Shown piece by piece: positions 45,723 through 59,419 of a DNA stretch of 64,000 nt. Within the stretch, counting starts at the first letter, position 1; every line of letters begins with the position of its first letter. The translations under genes and the position numbers were made by a program. The notes beneath the pieces are model-generated. The model saw only the letters and a program-made list of their open reading frames with translations, did not search any database and was not told the origin of the DNA. Source of the stretch: Eledone cirrhosa (taxonomy: Eukaryota). The stretch is from the NCBI GenBank assembly GCA_964016885.1, contig OZ024746.1, positions 44,640,001-44,704,000 of the forward strand, written 5' to 3'.

Positions 45723-46780
45723 ATGCTTCATATAATTCTAAATATTTCACTATCTTTCTGTATCATGTACACAAGCTCCACACTGTCAAGATAAAAAAAA
45801 TGTTACTCAGCCTCAATGCCAATTAAACTATATGGAAATGGGTGTGAGTGATTGCATCACTGATAGTTATATTTTCTACTGCATCTAAGATGAAAAAAAT
45901 GATATCACGAATAAATTTTAGCTCGAAAGAACTTATGAGATTAAATAGTGTAATACATTTAGTCAGACGTCAACACCATATTCCTTCAATAACGAAAACA
46001 TAATTACAAATTATATTTGTGTGAGAGAAAGACGACAAAGTAATTATATATTTTCAAAAGCGATTTCATGTCAGATCAAGCTGATTCATAAATAAACTTT
46101 GACATTTGGAAGTAGTGTTTTACTTTCTGCAAATGTTAAACATATCGACATAAATAATTTATTTTAATATTCTTTACGTTGCTAAAGTGACACACATGCA
46201 TATTGTTGCAATAAAAGTCAAACTCAGATGTCAATTCTATTAATCATCGCTCTTTCACATTATATGTTTCTGTCACATATATTTCACTGGTGTTAGAAGA
46301 GATCCGTGTCAGCCTACAATGCATTGAAATACACTCATGAGTTATGTTTATATTGTTTGAAAACTATTCAGTTGAAAAGTAGAACACATTCCGACAGGGA
46401 TGTAGGAGGAATGAAAGAAAGCAAGTTAGCTTTAGAATGCTCTAATGATGATGTCTTTATGTATATTGCATGATAACATGAGCTATATACAAACACAAAC
46501 ATATGGCTACTGATTTTTATAACAGAATAAATGCGATTTGGAAAAGGAAAAATCAGAACATGGATAATTTTGTCTATGTATTAGTTATTTAAGGGGAATC
46601 GAAGGGTAGGAAACAAACATTGGAATAAGATTGTACTTTCAGCTTTAAAAAGCTTGTCTATTCTATAGTTTAATATCTTATGTTGATATTATTTCATAGA
46701 CAAGAAGGCTTTATGTCCATTTGTAGGAGCTTAAATGATTGATTCTATATTCAGATATTAATTTATGAAAGTAAAGAGGA
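45723..46780 (+). pseudogene. Decayed Cys-loop receptor-like pseudogene
   Basis: Leader MLHIILNISLSFCIMYTSS (ATG 45723), DEKNDI (45889-45906), SCQIKL..TLTFGS (46066-46113, internally deleted Cys-loop), AYCC (46198-46209, loop-C-like), VLEEIRVSL (~46290-46316). 3' boundary approximate. Confidence 0.5.
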
Positions 46781-47344
46781 TAAGATCAAATAGTAATACA
46801 GAAGAGAATAGGTCGAAATGTTGTTATATAACAGATACAATAACATTAACGGGGGGGGGGGGGGGTATACAACGATGTTTTGTTCCCATTTCTACGGAAG
46901 ACGCCAGGTTAACCTTTTTACACCCTTCACATGTACACTTTCAGTATAAATAGCCACAATGGATTATAAAATTCAGATTATACATTTACATTAGCTTCAA
47001 CATAGTTTCCATTCTATAGCACTCGCTTACACAACAATATATATCTTGATTTATTTTACTATTTCCAAACGATGTTCTTTCCTTAATCAACAATTTCAAC
47101 TGATATATTATCTACGAAGATATCAGAGACCCGAATAAATGCCAGGTTTCTAAAAGAGGAGTTTGAGGAATACAGTTTCTATCAATAATATATATGGTGT
47201 CTCGACACGTGTGTTTAGAATACGGCGTTGATTGAAAATTTGAACATTGAATTGGGAAATTCTCGCCGTAGTTTGACTGTAGAAAATATTTAAACAAAAG
47301 GGGCTCATACCCCCCCCCCCCCATAACGGTGTAAATGGACATCA

Positions 47345-47417
47345 GTATGCGTGGGAATCGAACCCACACCTCTTATAATCCAGATAAATGTGCTCGAGTG
47401 ATGACACTAAACTGCCC
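47345..47417 (-). mobile_element. tRNA-like SINE head
   Basis: Reverse complement gggcagtttagtgtc...gtgggttcgattcccac carries A- and B-box-like motifs but no clean cloverleaf. Confidence 0.5.
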
Positions 47418-47584
47418 ATCCGATTCTTTCCCTTAAAATTAGTATCTCAGGTGCTGATTTACATGTACGCAAAACAAATAAGGGAAACATGTATCCAGCA
47501 ATGTTGTTCAAAACTAGGTTTCTGGGTGAGACAAGTTGATTACAAAATCATAAGAGTTTTACAGAAGAAACTATAGAGTCTTGT

Positions 47585-48700
47585 ATGTAATTCTCTTTTG
47601 CAATATTATTCCTCCTCCTATTTACACTAATAAAGATTGTGTAGTCAGGAAACATTTAGACTTCTACAACATTTGCCGCATTCAACATATCTGTATAAAC
47701 CGTCTGTTTATTATTCTACAGAACGTTTTTAAATACATTTTACAATAGCTATATATCAGCCCACATATATGATCAAGCATTTACAATAAATCCATAAAAT
47801 GAAAATTTGGGATTAAACAATGGACATTTCGTTTCCCATAGTATTTCTCAGTTGAAACTAATGTTTCGAAAGTTTTATTTGTCGTTCTAATCTACTCTGT
47901 TCTTGCCATACTTATGAATAAATAACTGATATTTGTGCTTTGTCAATATTCCACAAAGTGAAATTTACCTGGAAAAGTCGGCTTTTTCTTCGTTCCAACT
48001 AAGTAGAGGGCTCTAGTATAATAACACAGGAGAAATCCAGGGCTATAAGGTAACCGTTTTTATATTCATCACACGCATAATATTTTCCTAGCAGAATATA
48101 AATTTATAGTCAGCTATGTGATAAACACATTGATTTTGGATTATCCAAATGGCTTACTATCATTCCATTACACACCCAATAAAATGATTTCAGAGAACAA
48201 AATTGTGCAGGTAATACGAGACGAGTTTAGACAAAATATTCATTTTGATTGATTGGTGATATTGATAACGTTAGAGCTTGCACGTTTTCCGATAATTGCT
48301 TACGAGTTTATTAACGGTAAGTTCAATTAGAATCGAACGTTTGTACATATGTGTGGCACTCAAATTTTAGTTACCGAACGTTGATGCATAAGATTATGTT
48401 AAAATACCTATAAATTTCTTTGATTTGATGATCAGCTAAAATATTAAACACCAGCATATGATACGTGCCATGTAAAAACAATTCGTAGGGGATACGAAAT
48501 CAGGCTGATCGCAATTCCAGTGGATGGCTAGAACAATTTGAGATCATGTGTTATTATCCTCCCGTAACGGCAAAATGCAAAAGGAAACGTTCTGATATGG
48601 GTGATACCTAAGACGTTAATGTTGTTATTGTTATTATTTATTGGGTAGTAGAAATAATTCGGATTCTGGTTTAAAACTGTCATGGTCTTCATGTACTTTT
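47585..48700 (+). pseudogene. Decayed Cys-loop receptor-like pseudogene
   Basis: Leader M*FSFAILFLLLFTLIKIV (ATG 47585), FLNTFYNSYI, VNIPQSEIYL (47942-47971), ALV/NNTGEI (48010-48037), VILITLELARFP (48256-48291; pre-M1), IERLYICVAL (M2 start). 3' boundary approximate. Confidence 0.5.
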
Positions 48701-50361
48701 AGATGAATCCGCTATGCAGCAAACATTCTGGTTAGTCTTTATTTTCAGAATATATTTCTTTCACCAATCCTTGAGTCTCAGGGACCTCGAAGAGGATCAT
48801 AGACGCAGTCATTTTTTCCTGCCTAAATTACAAAAAACGCCACCCGGTTCGAACTAATGAAAACACCTATGTTCCAGCCAACACCACCCTGTCAATCTGT
48901 ACACCCATTCCACACACACACAGTGAGTGAAAGGGAGAACGCACAGGAGAGAGAAAAACGGGTTGTGATTTGACTGTTATTAATGGCAGGTCAAACGATA
49001 ACATAAAATCTACCTCGTTGGCTACAGAAGTTCTTTTTGATTTCCGCTTTAAATGTACCATTTTATCTGCACAAATTGTGCTATTCCTAGAAAATCTATA
49101 TAGTTTGCACGACATACCGTGCAACACAAGGTGGAAGTGTGTGGAGGTTTCAGTTTAAATTTGGTTTCGATTTACAGCTGTCAAAACCGTTCGGCAATAT
49201 TCACTTTCAAGAAGACAAATATTCTGGGACGTACAAATATAAAACAAAATGCAATTTGGTTTTATATTCATAATTTATATATAATATACTCCGTGTATAC
49301 AGTAATTGTCATTTGTATTATGAGTTTCAATGTAGTTGTACACCACCACATGTTTGTCTTCACCAGCATTAATTTATGATATTGTAATTGTGTTCCTCTT
49401 ATGGGAAAATATAACAGTCTTTATTAATATTAAAAGTGACAAGCAACAGAAGTAGAAGACTGTCAGATAAAATGCTTTTCAGCATTTAACTTCTTCCGTT
49501 TTAAGTTTTGAGTTCACATAACATTGACTTTCATACATACTGATTTCGATAGTCGGTAAAATATGTACTAAGCAAGCACGGAAGGTGTTTTAATTGATTG
49601 TTTCGTTTATTCCCTAAGATCGGTGACATAGTGTTCAACATTTTTTTTGTTCTTGCGTATACTTTTGCTCCGAAAGTTTTGTTGATTTTCATTGATGTGC
49701 ATTAAGTTTATTGTTAGCATTATTGCTACGTACTCTCAATAGGGCACCAAACATTGCCATCAGAAAATAGAACCCCATCCTATTTGGGTGTAGGGCCGAA
49801 ATATAATAATTTTAAAGACATTGTAAACAACCATGGTAACAACTTCAACGATATGCTCCTGATGAAATGTGCTTTATCAAACGAAATTATTTCAAATAAA
49901 GGCAACACTCCCTCACTTACAAGTACAGCATTTGACACGAAAACTATCAATATGAACCATTACGACGAACAAGCAGTCTGAAGTAGCCATATGAGCCATA
50001 TTTAAGGTGTTTCACACGCAGAATATATATATTATCCAGGCACGAATAAAGAAACTAAAAAGCCAGTATAATAAAATACTAGAAGTTAGATGTTCGATAA
50101 AAGTTACCACTGTAGTTTAATGGCATCTGCGAGAGGAAGGTGTATTTACGTTTTGGTTAAATTAGAGCAGAGTTACTTTTAGGCAACCTAAAATACGATC
50201 AGAGTGTAAGCTGAACTGGTGTATGAGGTGTTTCTTTTTATAATCCTATGTGGCTTCGTTGCCTAGCATCGTATATATTAGAATTTGATTTTTTAATTTT
50301 CTACTACATATTTCAACTGCTTGATATTGTACATATCTATACTTCTCCGTTCATTATATAT

Positions 50362-53300
50362 ACTAGCAGAAGAACCACCCATCGGGTGGTTTTCTGCTAG
50401 TATATATAGTGTGCATATATATATTTGCGTATATTGAGATACGTATATGCACATAGATATGATACGTAAATTGACAATATGCACATAAACTGAACAAAGA
50501 CTGTGTTACACTTACTACTGTAATCAGTAAAGTAATCCATTTAAAGAAAAGGCGATAATGAAGATGGAAAAGCGATGAAACTGTTGACGGAAAATGTTTA
50601 TGAATCTTCACTCGAGAATGTCGATGGGAAGCTTCAAGCAGTGAATTTGAAAATAGATGTTGCTGGTATGAATGAATGAATTACATTTACCAATATGAAG
50701 AGTTGACGTTCGCTATATTGTTGCTTTACTGAATTCACATATAGACTTCTTAAGTTTTTATAGTGTCCATTTTCTAGCAATTAAAAAGAAACTGAAATGC
50801 ATTTCAACTAAAAGAGAGTGGGAGCTGTTTCACATCACTGTAGAATTCCTTTGTAGACACAGTTGTCAACAAACAGACCCTTTTCATTTAATATTTTTTA
50901 TATTTTCTTTTTTTTGTAATTCGTGATAATGCAACATACATCTGACCATGTGAGAAGAATTGTGTTGGTAGATATACACCTATCTTTTCAAATGTCTGCC
51001 CTTGTGCCTTGTTGCATGCAAGGGCAAAGGCTAATTTGACAGGAAATTGATTGCGAGTAAAGGTGAAAGGGAACTTAAGCTCTTGATATTCTTGTGGTAT
51101 CCTTGGGATTAGCAGCCTTGTTCTAGCACTGGGACCCAATGCTACTTCAGCTTCAATTACATGATTATGTAAACTGATGATGATGTAGCGTGTGCCATTG
51201 AAATGCTCTTTTAGAGGATCCAGATTTCTCAGAAGCATGACGCAACTGCATTTCTTCAGTTTAAATATGTGTGTTGGCAAGCCTGATGGGGTAAGTTTGT
51301 TGATGAACTCAATTGGATATTGCAGTTCATTATGTGAGAGAGAGACCAGCAGATGTGAGAGAAAGACCAGCACATGTGAGAAGAAGACCAGCACATGTGA
51401 GAGGAAGACCAGCACATGTGAGAGGAAGACTAGCACATGTGAGAGGAAGACTAGCACATGCGAGAGAAAGACCAGCACATGCGAGAGAAAGACCAGCACC
51501 TGTGTGAGAAAGACCAGCACCTGTGAGAGGAAGACCAGCACATGTGAGAGGAAGACTAGCACATGTGAGAGGAAGACAAGCACATGTGAGAGAAAGACCA
51601 GCACATGCGAGAGAAAGACCAGCACATGTGTGAGAAAGACCAGCACCTGTGAGAGGAAGACCAGCACATGTGAGAGAAAGACCAGCACGTATCAGAGCTT
51701 TTGTAGATTATTTAATGACCAGGGAACTTGTTGACCATGAACTCATTCACTAATCTTGCTGCATCATTTTTTGGAGTGATAATGGCTCTATTTTCAAGCC
51801 ATAGTGGGTTTGTGTAATTTCCTGGAAGATTTGTATACACAAAATCACACAGTGCAGACACATTACCATATTCCAGAAGAAGTTCATTTGGCAGAAGAAT
51901 TGTGAATGCTCCTACAGTTGGAACAGTTGGAATGTTACCATTTCCCACATCAAGAATGTAGTTTGCAAGCTGTCTTTCATCAGAATCCTCTGCATTAATT
52001 AACCGTTGATTGGTTGTCATCTCCATGGTTTCGACATAGTCCCAGAGATAGGATCTCTTGATGGTTGCCTCAACTATTTGTGGTCTAGCACCATGATGTA
52101 CAACTGGAAGAATTTGCTTCCAGTCACCAGATAGTAATACGGTTAGTCCACCAAATGGCTTTTTACAACCTCGAACATATTTGAAGCTCCTGTCAAGGCA
52201 TTCAAAGATATGCTTAGGTCCCATACCTATCTCACCAATGATTAGCAGGTCAGCTTGCTGCATAAGTTTACCTGTGGCATCCCTCTTTGTGAAGAAGCAA
52301 GTTGATTCAGCAGTCACATTGAGAGGAATATTGCACTTGGAATAAAGAGTTCTACCTTTGTGAAGCTAAGTGGCTGCTATTCCAGATATGGCAGTGAAAA
52401 GGGCAATTCTTTTTTAGATCGGAGGTAATCCAATAGGATGTTTATGACATAGGTCTTTCCTGTGCCTGCACTTGCATTCAAGCAGAAAATTCTGCCTTCA
52501 ATTTCATTTACAGAAGTGATTACTTTGTGAAAAATAACCAGTTGCTCAGGATTCAATGTTGACAGAAGTTCATTCATGTTTGACTGCAGTTGGTGTGTAT
52601 TGAAATCAGTTTCCTCCATAAGAACCCTGTTAATTTCTCGTATGGCAGCAATAGATGGGTCTGGCTGAGGAAGTCCATAGTTGGCATGAATGTCCAAGCC
52701 ATCCTGTTGAAGTCTTTGTTGGATCTTCTGTAGAACAATCTGCACGGTTTGCATGGGCATGACTTGCTCATGACGTTTATGCATGATATCCTCTGCATGA
52801 CAATTATTCCATTTCTCCCAGAACTGGCATGTAGTACAATAAAATGGTCAGAAGATCTCTCGCAGCTGAGGACCAAGCGTAATGGATGAGGCCTCTTCCA
52901 TAGCTTTGTCTTTTTCTCCATCTTCATCCAACAGACAAGTTTCCTGCATGCTTCTTGGAATGTTGGAAATTCAACTCCTTCAATTGTCCTCAAATCTTTG
53001 TATGAAGTTGACCTAGCCTTGTGATGTAGGATCATCATCCTGAGATAATATAATTCAGATTGATGTCTACTGAGAGATACTGTTGGAATGCGTCAAAGAA
53101 ATTCACTCATAAATTGTTGATCACCATCCAGATGTCCCTTTTTTCTTCTTTGCCACTTTGTGTTTGTCCAAGTGAAATATTTTGGAATATCAATATACAA
53201 TATGTTTTGTGCTAGTGGGTCTCTAATATTCAGTTGAAAATACTCCGTCAACTTAGTCATTGGCTGTCCTCTAGAAACAACACTTTCTTCCTACCCTCGC

Positions 53301-54745
53301 TCATACAGGACCATTTGTTCCGCAGGTAAATGGCAAGGCAACTTTTCAACTGGTGGTTTTCGATGATGTAATGGAAATTTATAGATTCTCCAAAATGTTT
53401 CACAGGCTGAGATGTACAGTGCATTGATATAGGTCTCAATCTCATTTTGGGTATGGACACAATTTCCTTGATCATCCTTAATAGTGAAAGTGATCTTTTC
53501 TAATCCTTTTGTGATGTACTTATATAAGTTCTTAACAGCCATGACACTGTGGACAACCTCACAATTGATGTGGCACTGATATCTCAATGAAAGGAAAGGG
53601 TTGTATAGAATAATCCAAGGATTATCAACAGTAAATTCTTGACCTTTAAGTTGGATTGTATGGGTGTGACCACCATGCTGTCTATCCCTTCTTCTATACT
53701 CAGGAAAGGAATTTTCGGCAACAAATGTGGTTTGCCTGAATGCCTTGGGATAACATTTTGAGCAATGGCGTTGTTGTCCTAGCCCTTCCATACATGTGCA
53801 CATCATATTAGCTTGTCCACATGGGCCATGAATGTTGCAGGATATGATGATCTTATGCAGAATTGGATTGGTCTCTTTATCAGGAATCTCACAGTTCACT
53901 ACCTGATCAATGGCATCAGCAATTTTGGGCTTGCTATCTTCAACCATTATCAGCAGAATAAGAGCAAGGGTGAGGCCTCGTTTCTGCCACACTATTGTAG
54001 CCACAACTGTTCCTAGGACATTTTATTTTCAGTATGTCATCCATGAGGCTCTTATACTTGATCTTGAAGACTCTTGAACTCATATCAGGACGGTCTCTAT
54101 TTTTTATTTCATCCCAGTTAGGGTTAGTTGTTACCGTGATGAAATAAGAAGGCTTTCCCATGTGTCGAACCACGGTCATCGAATTCTCAAAGCACTCACT
54201 GTAGAAGCGAGGGGGACCATAGATTAAAGGAGGAAGAACAATTTTCCGGCCTGCATTTACTGAATCTCCTTCAGCCACAGCATCATACAAACCCTCATAC
54301 ATTTCAGCTCGTATCATGGTTTGATTGTTGCGGGTCCATTTGAGGCGACAATGTTCTATTTTTGCCTGGGCATCTACAGCATATTGCTGCATCAGCCACC
54401 TGCTTTTCATGAAAATGTTAGTCACCTTGCTTAACCTGAAACCGACAACAGTAGAAATCAGTGGGTGTGAGTGTGTGGTTGTTGTCAATCCTTTTAAACC
54501 AACCTGAAACCATCATTCCCCCAAGGAAACAGTAGCACATAATGCAGAGGATCATAAGAACGGTGCAAGTGATGAATCCTCTGAACACCACCATTTCTTT
54601 TATGAATGATGACATCCAAAAGACTTGATACTGTATGAGGTTGAATAACAGCAATCTCAGATGCCATGGGAAGATTATTTGTGCGACAATGAAAATCAGT
54701 GGGTTTTACTTTGTCAGCATGTAGGACAATATTCACATTTTCAGA
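50362..54745 (-). mobile_element. Decayed Helitron (Rep/HUH + Pif1 helicase), fragmented by frameshifts
   Basis: Rep-region motifs YDPLHYVLLFPWG, FITVTTNPNW, WQKRGL, IHGPCG, YNPFLSLRYQCHINCE, LYKYITKG. Helicase motifs SAGTGKT, PFGG...GDWKQILPVV, NQR, VMLLRNL, QFPVKLAFA..NKAQGQT, HGQMYVALSR. Candidate hairpin+CTAG 3' end at 50362-50401. Confidence 0.9.
51333..51688. repeat. 21-bp minisatellite (~17 units, gaaagaccagcacatgtgaga) inside the Helitron helicase
   Basis: Produces the LVFLSHV and STCERKT repeat ORFs. Confidence 0.95.
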
Positions 54746-54774
54746 CTAACTCACTCGATATGCAAATTAGGCAG

Positions 54775-55457
<683 letters not shown>

Positions 55458-55673
55458 CGTGCATATATATATGCAGGGTGATGTTAAGTTGAGGTGATGA
55501 TTTCTGAACCGCATTTATACTTACCAATGTAACCACAGGAACTTCCTCTAATATTTAACCCTGTTAACACAAGCATCGAGCGCACCACGCTTCGGCAATT
55601 GGCATTTAGTATTCTGTATCGCACTTCTTTGTACCTCACTGCTTCATCCCCTCTTACGATACCTTAACCCTAT

Positions 55674-55707
<34 letters not shown>

Positions 55708-55746
55708 TACATATATATACATATATATATACATATATAGATATAG

Positions 55747-55817
<71 letters not shown>

Positions 55818-56311
55818 CACACCCACACAGACACAAGCACACTGACACACACACACACACACAGATATATATATATATATATATATGCATTAAAGAAATG
55901 AACGGACTCGGGTAGTTACAAATTTAAGTAACAGAACGAAAATGTCTTAAACCTGTATTGAATAGAATCGTATTTTAAGAAAACAATTGGCACTATAGTT
56001 AATACTTTCGCACAGGAAACGTTGCGGAAATGAATAACTAAAACGATTTCTCTGTGAAATTAACCTTAATGGACCATAGATATCAGGAGCCAAATTTGTA
56101 AAGTTAATGGTAATACTTGCTACAATGAAGCCAAAAATAAAATTAAATGTGCAAATTTAGGAAAGGTATTCATTGATCCTTATTTAAAAGGTGAAATAAT
56201 GTAAAACGCTAAATTACTCGTCGATTTTACTATTTAGTTTGGTGTTCCATTTCCCTGTTTGTTTTACTACTTTTAATTGCCCTCCCATGAACTAACAGAC
56301 GCAAATTACAT

Positions 56312-56733
56312 TTAGTTTGCAAACCATTGGCAGCACACCATTCATATCAATACATATGGAATCTAAGCGGAAACATTTCAATAAGGAGTACAAACCTTTT
56401 CGATAAGTTTGTTTTTTATTCTAAAACCTTCTAAATGGAGGTTGCAAAATTGGGTTGTAAATATTACCCATACCATATAATGATTACGATATTGCCATAT
56501 GGCTAGAAAAGCTTATAGAATGTATCGTTAAATCAGCTAATCCCATCTATTCAGTCTTCTGCAGCATGACTAAAGATCACGATAATCATAACAAATAATA
56601 ATTGCGCAAAAAAAAAAAAAAAGGTTTGGATTTATTAACTTGACACTTAGTTTGCAAACCATTGGCAGCACACCATTCATATCAATACATATGGAATCTA
56701 AGCGGAAACATTTCAATAAGGAGTACAAACCTT
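56312..56733. repeat. 87-bp exact direct duplication (56312-56398, 56647-56733)
   Basis: Identical sequence ttagtttgcaaacc...gtacaaacctt at both positions. Confidence 0.9.
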
Positions 56734-57452
56734 ATTATGGTATAATAATACAATGCAAAGGAGAAGATAGTCTTCTTTTTTTTCATTCAATCATAAATAG
56801 GATTTGTTCTATTTTCTCCCCTGCTTTAAATCATTTAATACATTTGGCACATATATAATATGTGGTTGTGACGTTGCTTTTTATCACATGGGATTGTATC
56901 TGTCATATATTAGGGTCAAATCCAATGACCATATTTATGCAAATTCAATTATATTCCTCCTAAATTACTCAAAGAAAATGTATATAAGTACATGCTCATG
57001 TATTAAGATTACAAATATATTTTCAACAGATCTTACGAAATTGTCCGTTTTGAATTAATTTAGGTGGGGTTTAGATTTCACTTTACAGCAATCATTTAAA
57101 CACTCTATATAGAAATTCCAAGGTAAACCTGATAATAGAAGGAATGTCTTGTAGATCAATATATAATAGATAAAGCGAATAAAGAGACTTTGCCTGAGAG
57201 TAACCTCTTCTATGACAGGAAACAAAGCGAAGAATATTACTATCCATTATCGAAAGTGTTATTTCAAGTTGCATCAATTCCATTTCTATGTTCATATAAT
57301 AACTATTCCATGACTGAAAACACATCCATCTGTGCAACAATAGGAAAAATTATTAACGATTAATTCATCCAGAAAATATTGTAAAGTAGTTAATAATTAT
57401 TTTTCAGAATGAGGAAAGTTTGAGAAAACAATATTTCATAAATTATAAAAAT

Positions 57453-57498
<46 letters not shown>

Positions 57499-57591
57499 AT
57501 TTTTATAATTTATGAATATATATATTATAGCGGTGATGTAGTTGTTTTCCAATGTTTTGATATAAATTCGTCTGTTGAAATAGATATTATT

Positions 57592-59059
57592 ATATGTGGG
57601 GTGGGTCATGTTGTCCTAATATTGCCAGAAAAAGTAGTAAAACACACTCACTATTTGGTTTGGTTTTCGCTTTGGTATATTTTTATATTTCTATAAATAA
57701 TTTAGCTGGCAATCAATGTATATAATTGTTTTACCAACAATAAGGAATATAAATATAGTTTCTTAAAGTTCTTTCGTCTCACATATCTGCGACATCTTCA
57801 GTGAAAATCATGTTTCCCCCTGCTGTGTTCCTTTAACGTTATAGGAACACAATGGGAGGAAATATTTTAATCATTGAAGATGTCACAGATATGTGTTACG
57901 AAAGTACTTTGAGAAACTAATTATATTTATATTTTTATGGTCAATGAAAGATAAGCATTGATTGCTAGCTAAATTACTTATCTATATATATAAAACTGAG
58001 GACGTGTGTGTGAGTTTGAATCCCTAAAACTCGAGAAGCACGCAAACCGACTGTTTTCAAACTTTACATATGTAATACTTATGTTTCAGGGAGTGTTCTG
58101 ACAAAAGAATTTCAAATTTTCAATGCCCTAGGGACCGCATTAGGCGATTTAGAGATCTCTCTCTATAATTCTTAGTCTTTCTCTTTTCAGATAGATACAT
58201 ACATATAACGTCGCGCCCTTATAATATCTATCTGCATGTCTGCTGTCTGCATTATGTCATTTCCCACAATTCCCGTTGCGTCCAGAACGCGCTCTTATAA
58301 TATCTTGCTGTATGTCTGGCTGTCTGCATTACGTCACTTCCCTGAGGATGTCTGTCTGCGCGTGTGTGTGTGTCTGTGAGTTTGAATCCCTAAAGCTCAA
58401 GAAGTACCCAACCGACCTTTTTCAAACTTTACATGTGTATTACTAATGTTTCAGGGAGTGTTATGCACATAAGATTCAACTTTTTGATCCCCTAGGGCCG
58501 GCATTAGTGGAAAACTGCGTTTTTCAGCTTTTTATGGGTTTTTTTTAGGCGTTACGTCATACCGATTTCCTTGAAATTGTATCTATGTATTAGTCACTCT
58601 CTTCTTCATACCGTGAGCAAAGAAAATCCAAATTTGTTATGGCCTAGCGTCCGAATTAGGTGAAAAACTTCATTTTTTTCAGCTTTTAGGGATTTTTGAT
58701 GCGTTACGTCTAGCCGACTTTCCCGAAATTTCAAGGCATATTATGCACATAAAATAAATTCATTTTCTTGATCCCTAGGGCCCGCATTAGGTGAAAACCT
58801 GCATTTTTCCTGCTTCATCGGGGAAAATCTTAAAGATTATCCAGCCATCAGCGTATTCTGTTTATTTTATTTACATATTGTCCAGGCCTGCATTTTTTCC
58901 ACGATTAGGTCTGTTGGCGGCCCGCATTCCAAAATACCTTATCCCGTGCAAGGCCGGGTACCACTGCTATTAAAAATATAAAAATATACCGAAGCGAAAA
59001 CAGTGAGGGTGTTTTATTATTTTTTATTGGCATTATTAGGACAATATAACCCTCCACAA

Positions 59060-59062
<3 letters not shown>
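57592..59062. mobile_element. Older fold-back element with hammerhead-like motifs; right arm interrupted by a Helitron
   Basis: Left arm 57592-57835 pairs with 57840-57980 plus 58971-59062. CTGAAGA-T-GTC..GAC-GAAA-GAAC-TT on minus (~57765-57824) and TTGAAGA..GAAA-GTAC-TT on plus (~57870-57913). Confidence 0.75.
57981..58970 (+). mobile_element. Non-autonomous Helitron
   Basis: Starts TCTATATATATAAAA and ends cccgtgcaaggccggg (hairpin)...CTAT (CTAG variant). Inserted between A 57980 and T 58971 with no TSD. Internal tandem duplications. Confidence 0.85.
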
Positions 59063-59116
<54 letters not shown>

Positions 59117-59419
59117 AAAGTATGTCCATAGAATCATTAGATAAAATATATACACCATTTCCTCTCCCAATCAGCATAATCAACCAAACAAAAAACAATT
59201 AAACAAGGCTATAAGATTAAAAGACACCTATGAAGAAATAATAGATAAATAAACGACAGCTATCTATTCGCGATCAACAGCTATAGAATATTTACCCACC
59301 ATTTCTAATAGCACGTGGAAATCGATTAAATATATCGTCAACCATACACAATTAGGTATAAAATCAAAGTTAGAAGAAAAAATGTATATAAACATACCAA
59401 AGTATAACAATATATATAT

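Noticed and set aside
46845-47330. Poly-G / poly-C flanks as terminal inverted repeats
   Set aside because: Complementarity is mostly homopolymer and no TSD could be identified.
51333-51688. CRISPR-like array
   Set aside because: Head-to-tail 21-bp units with no unique spacers, in a eukaryotic context; it is a minisatellite.
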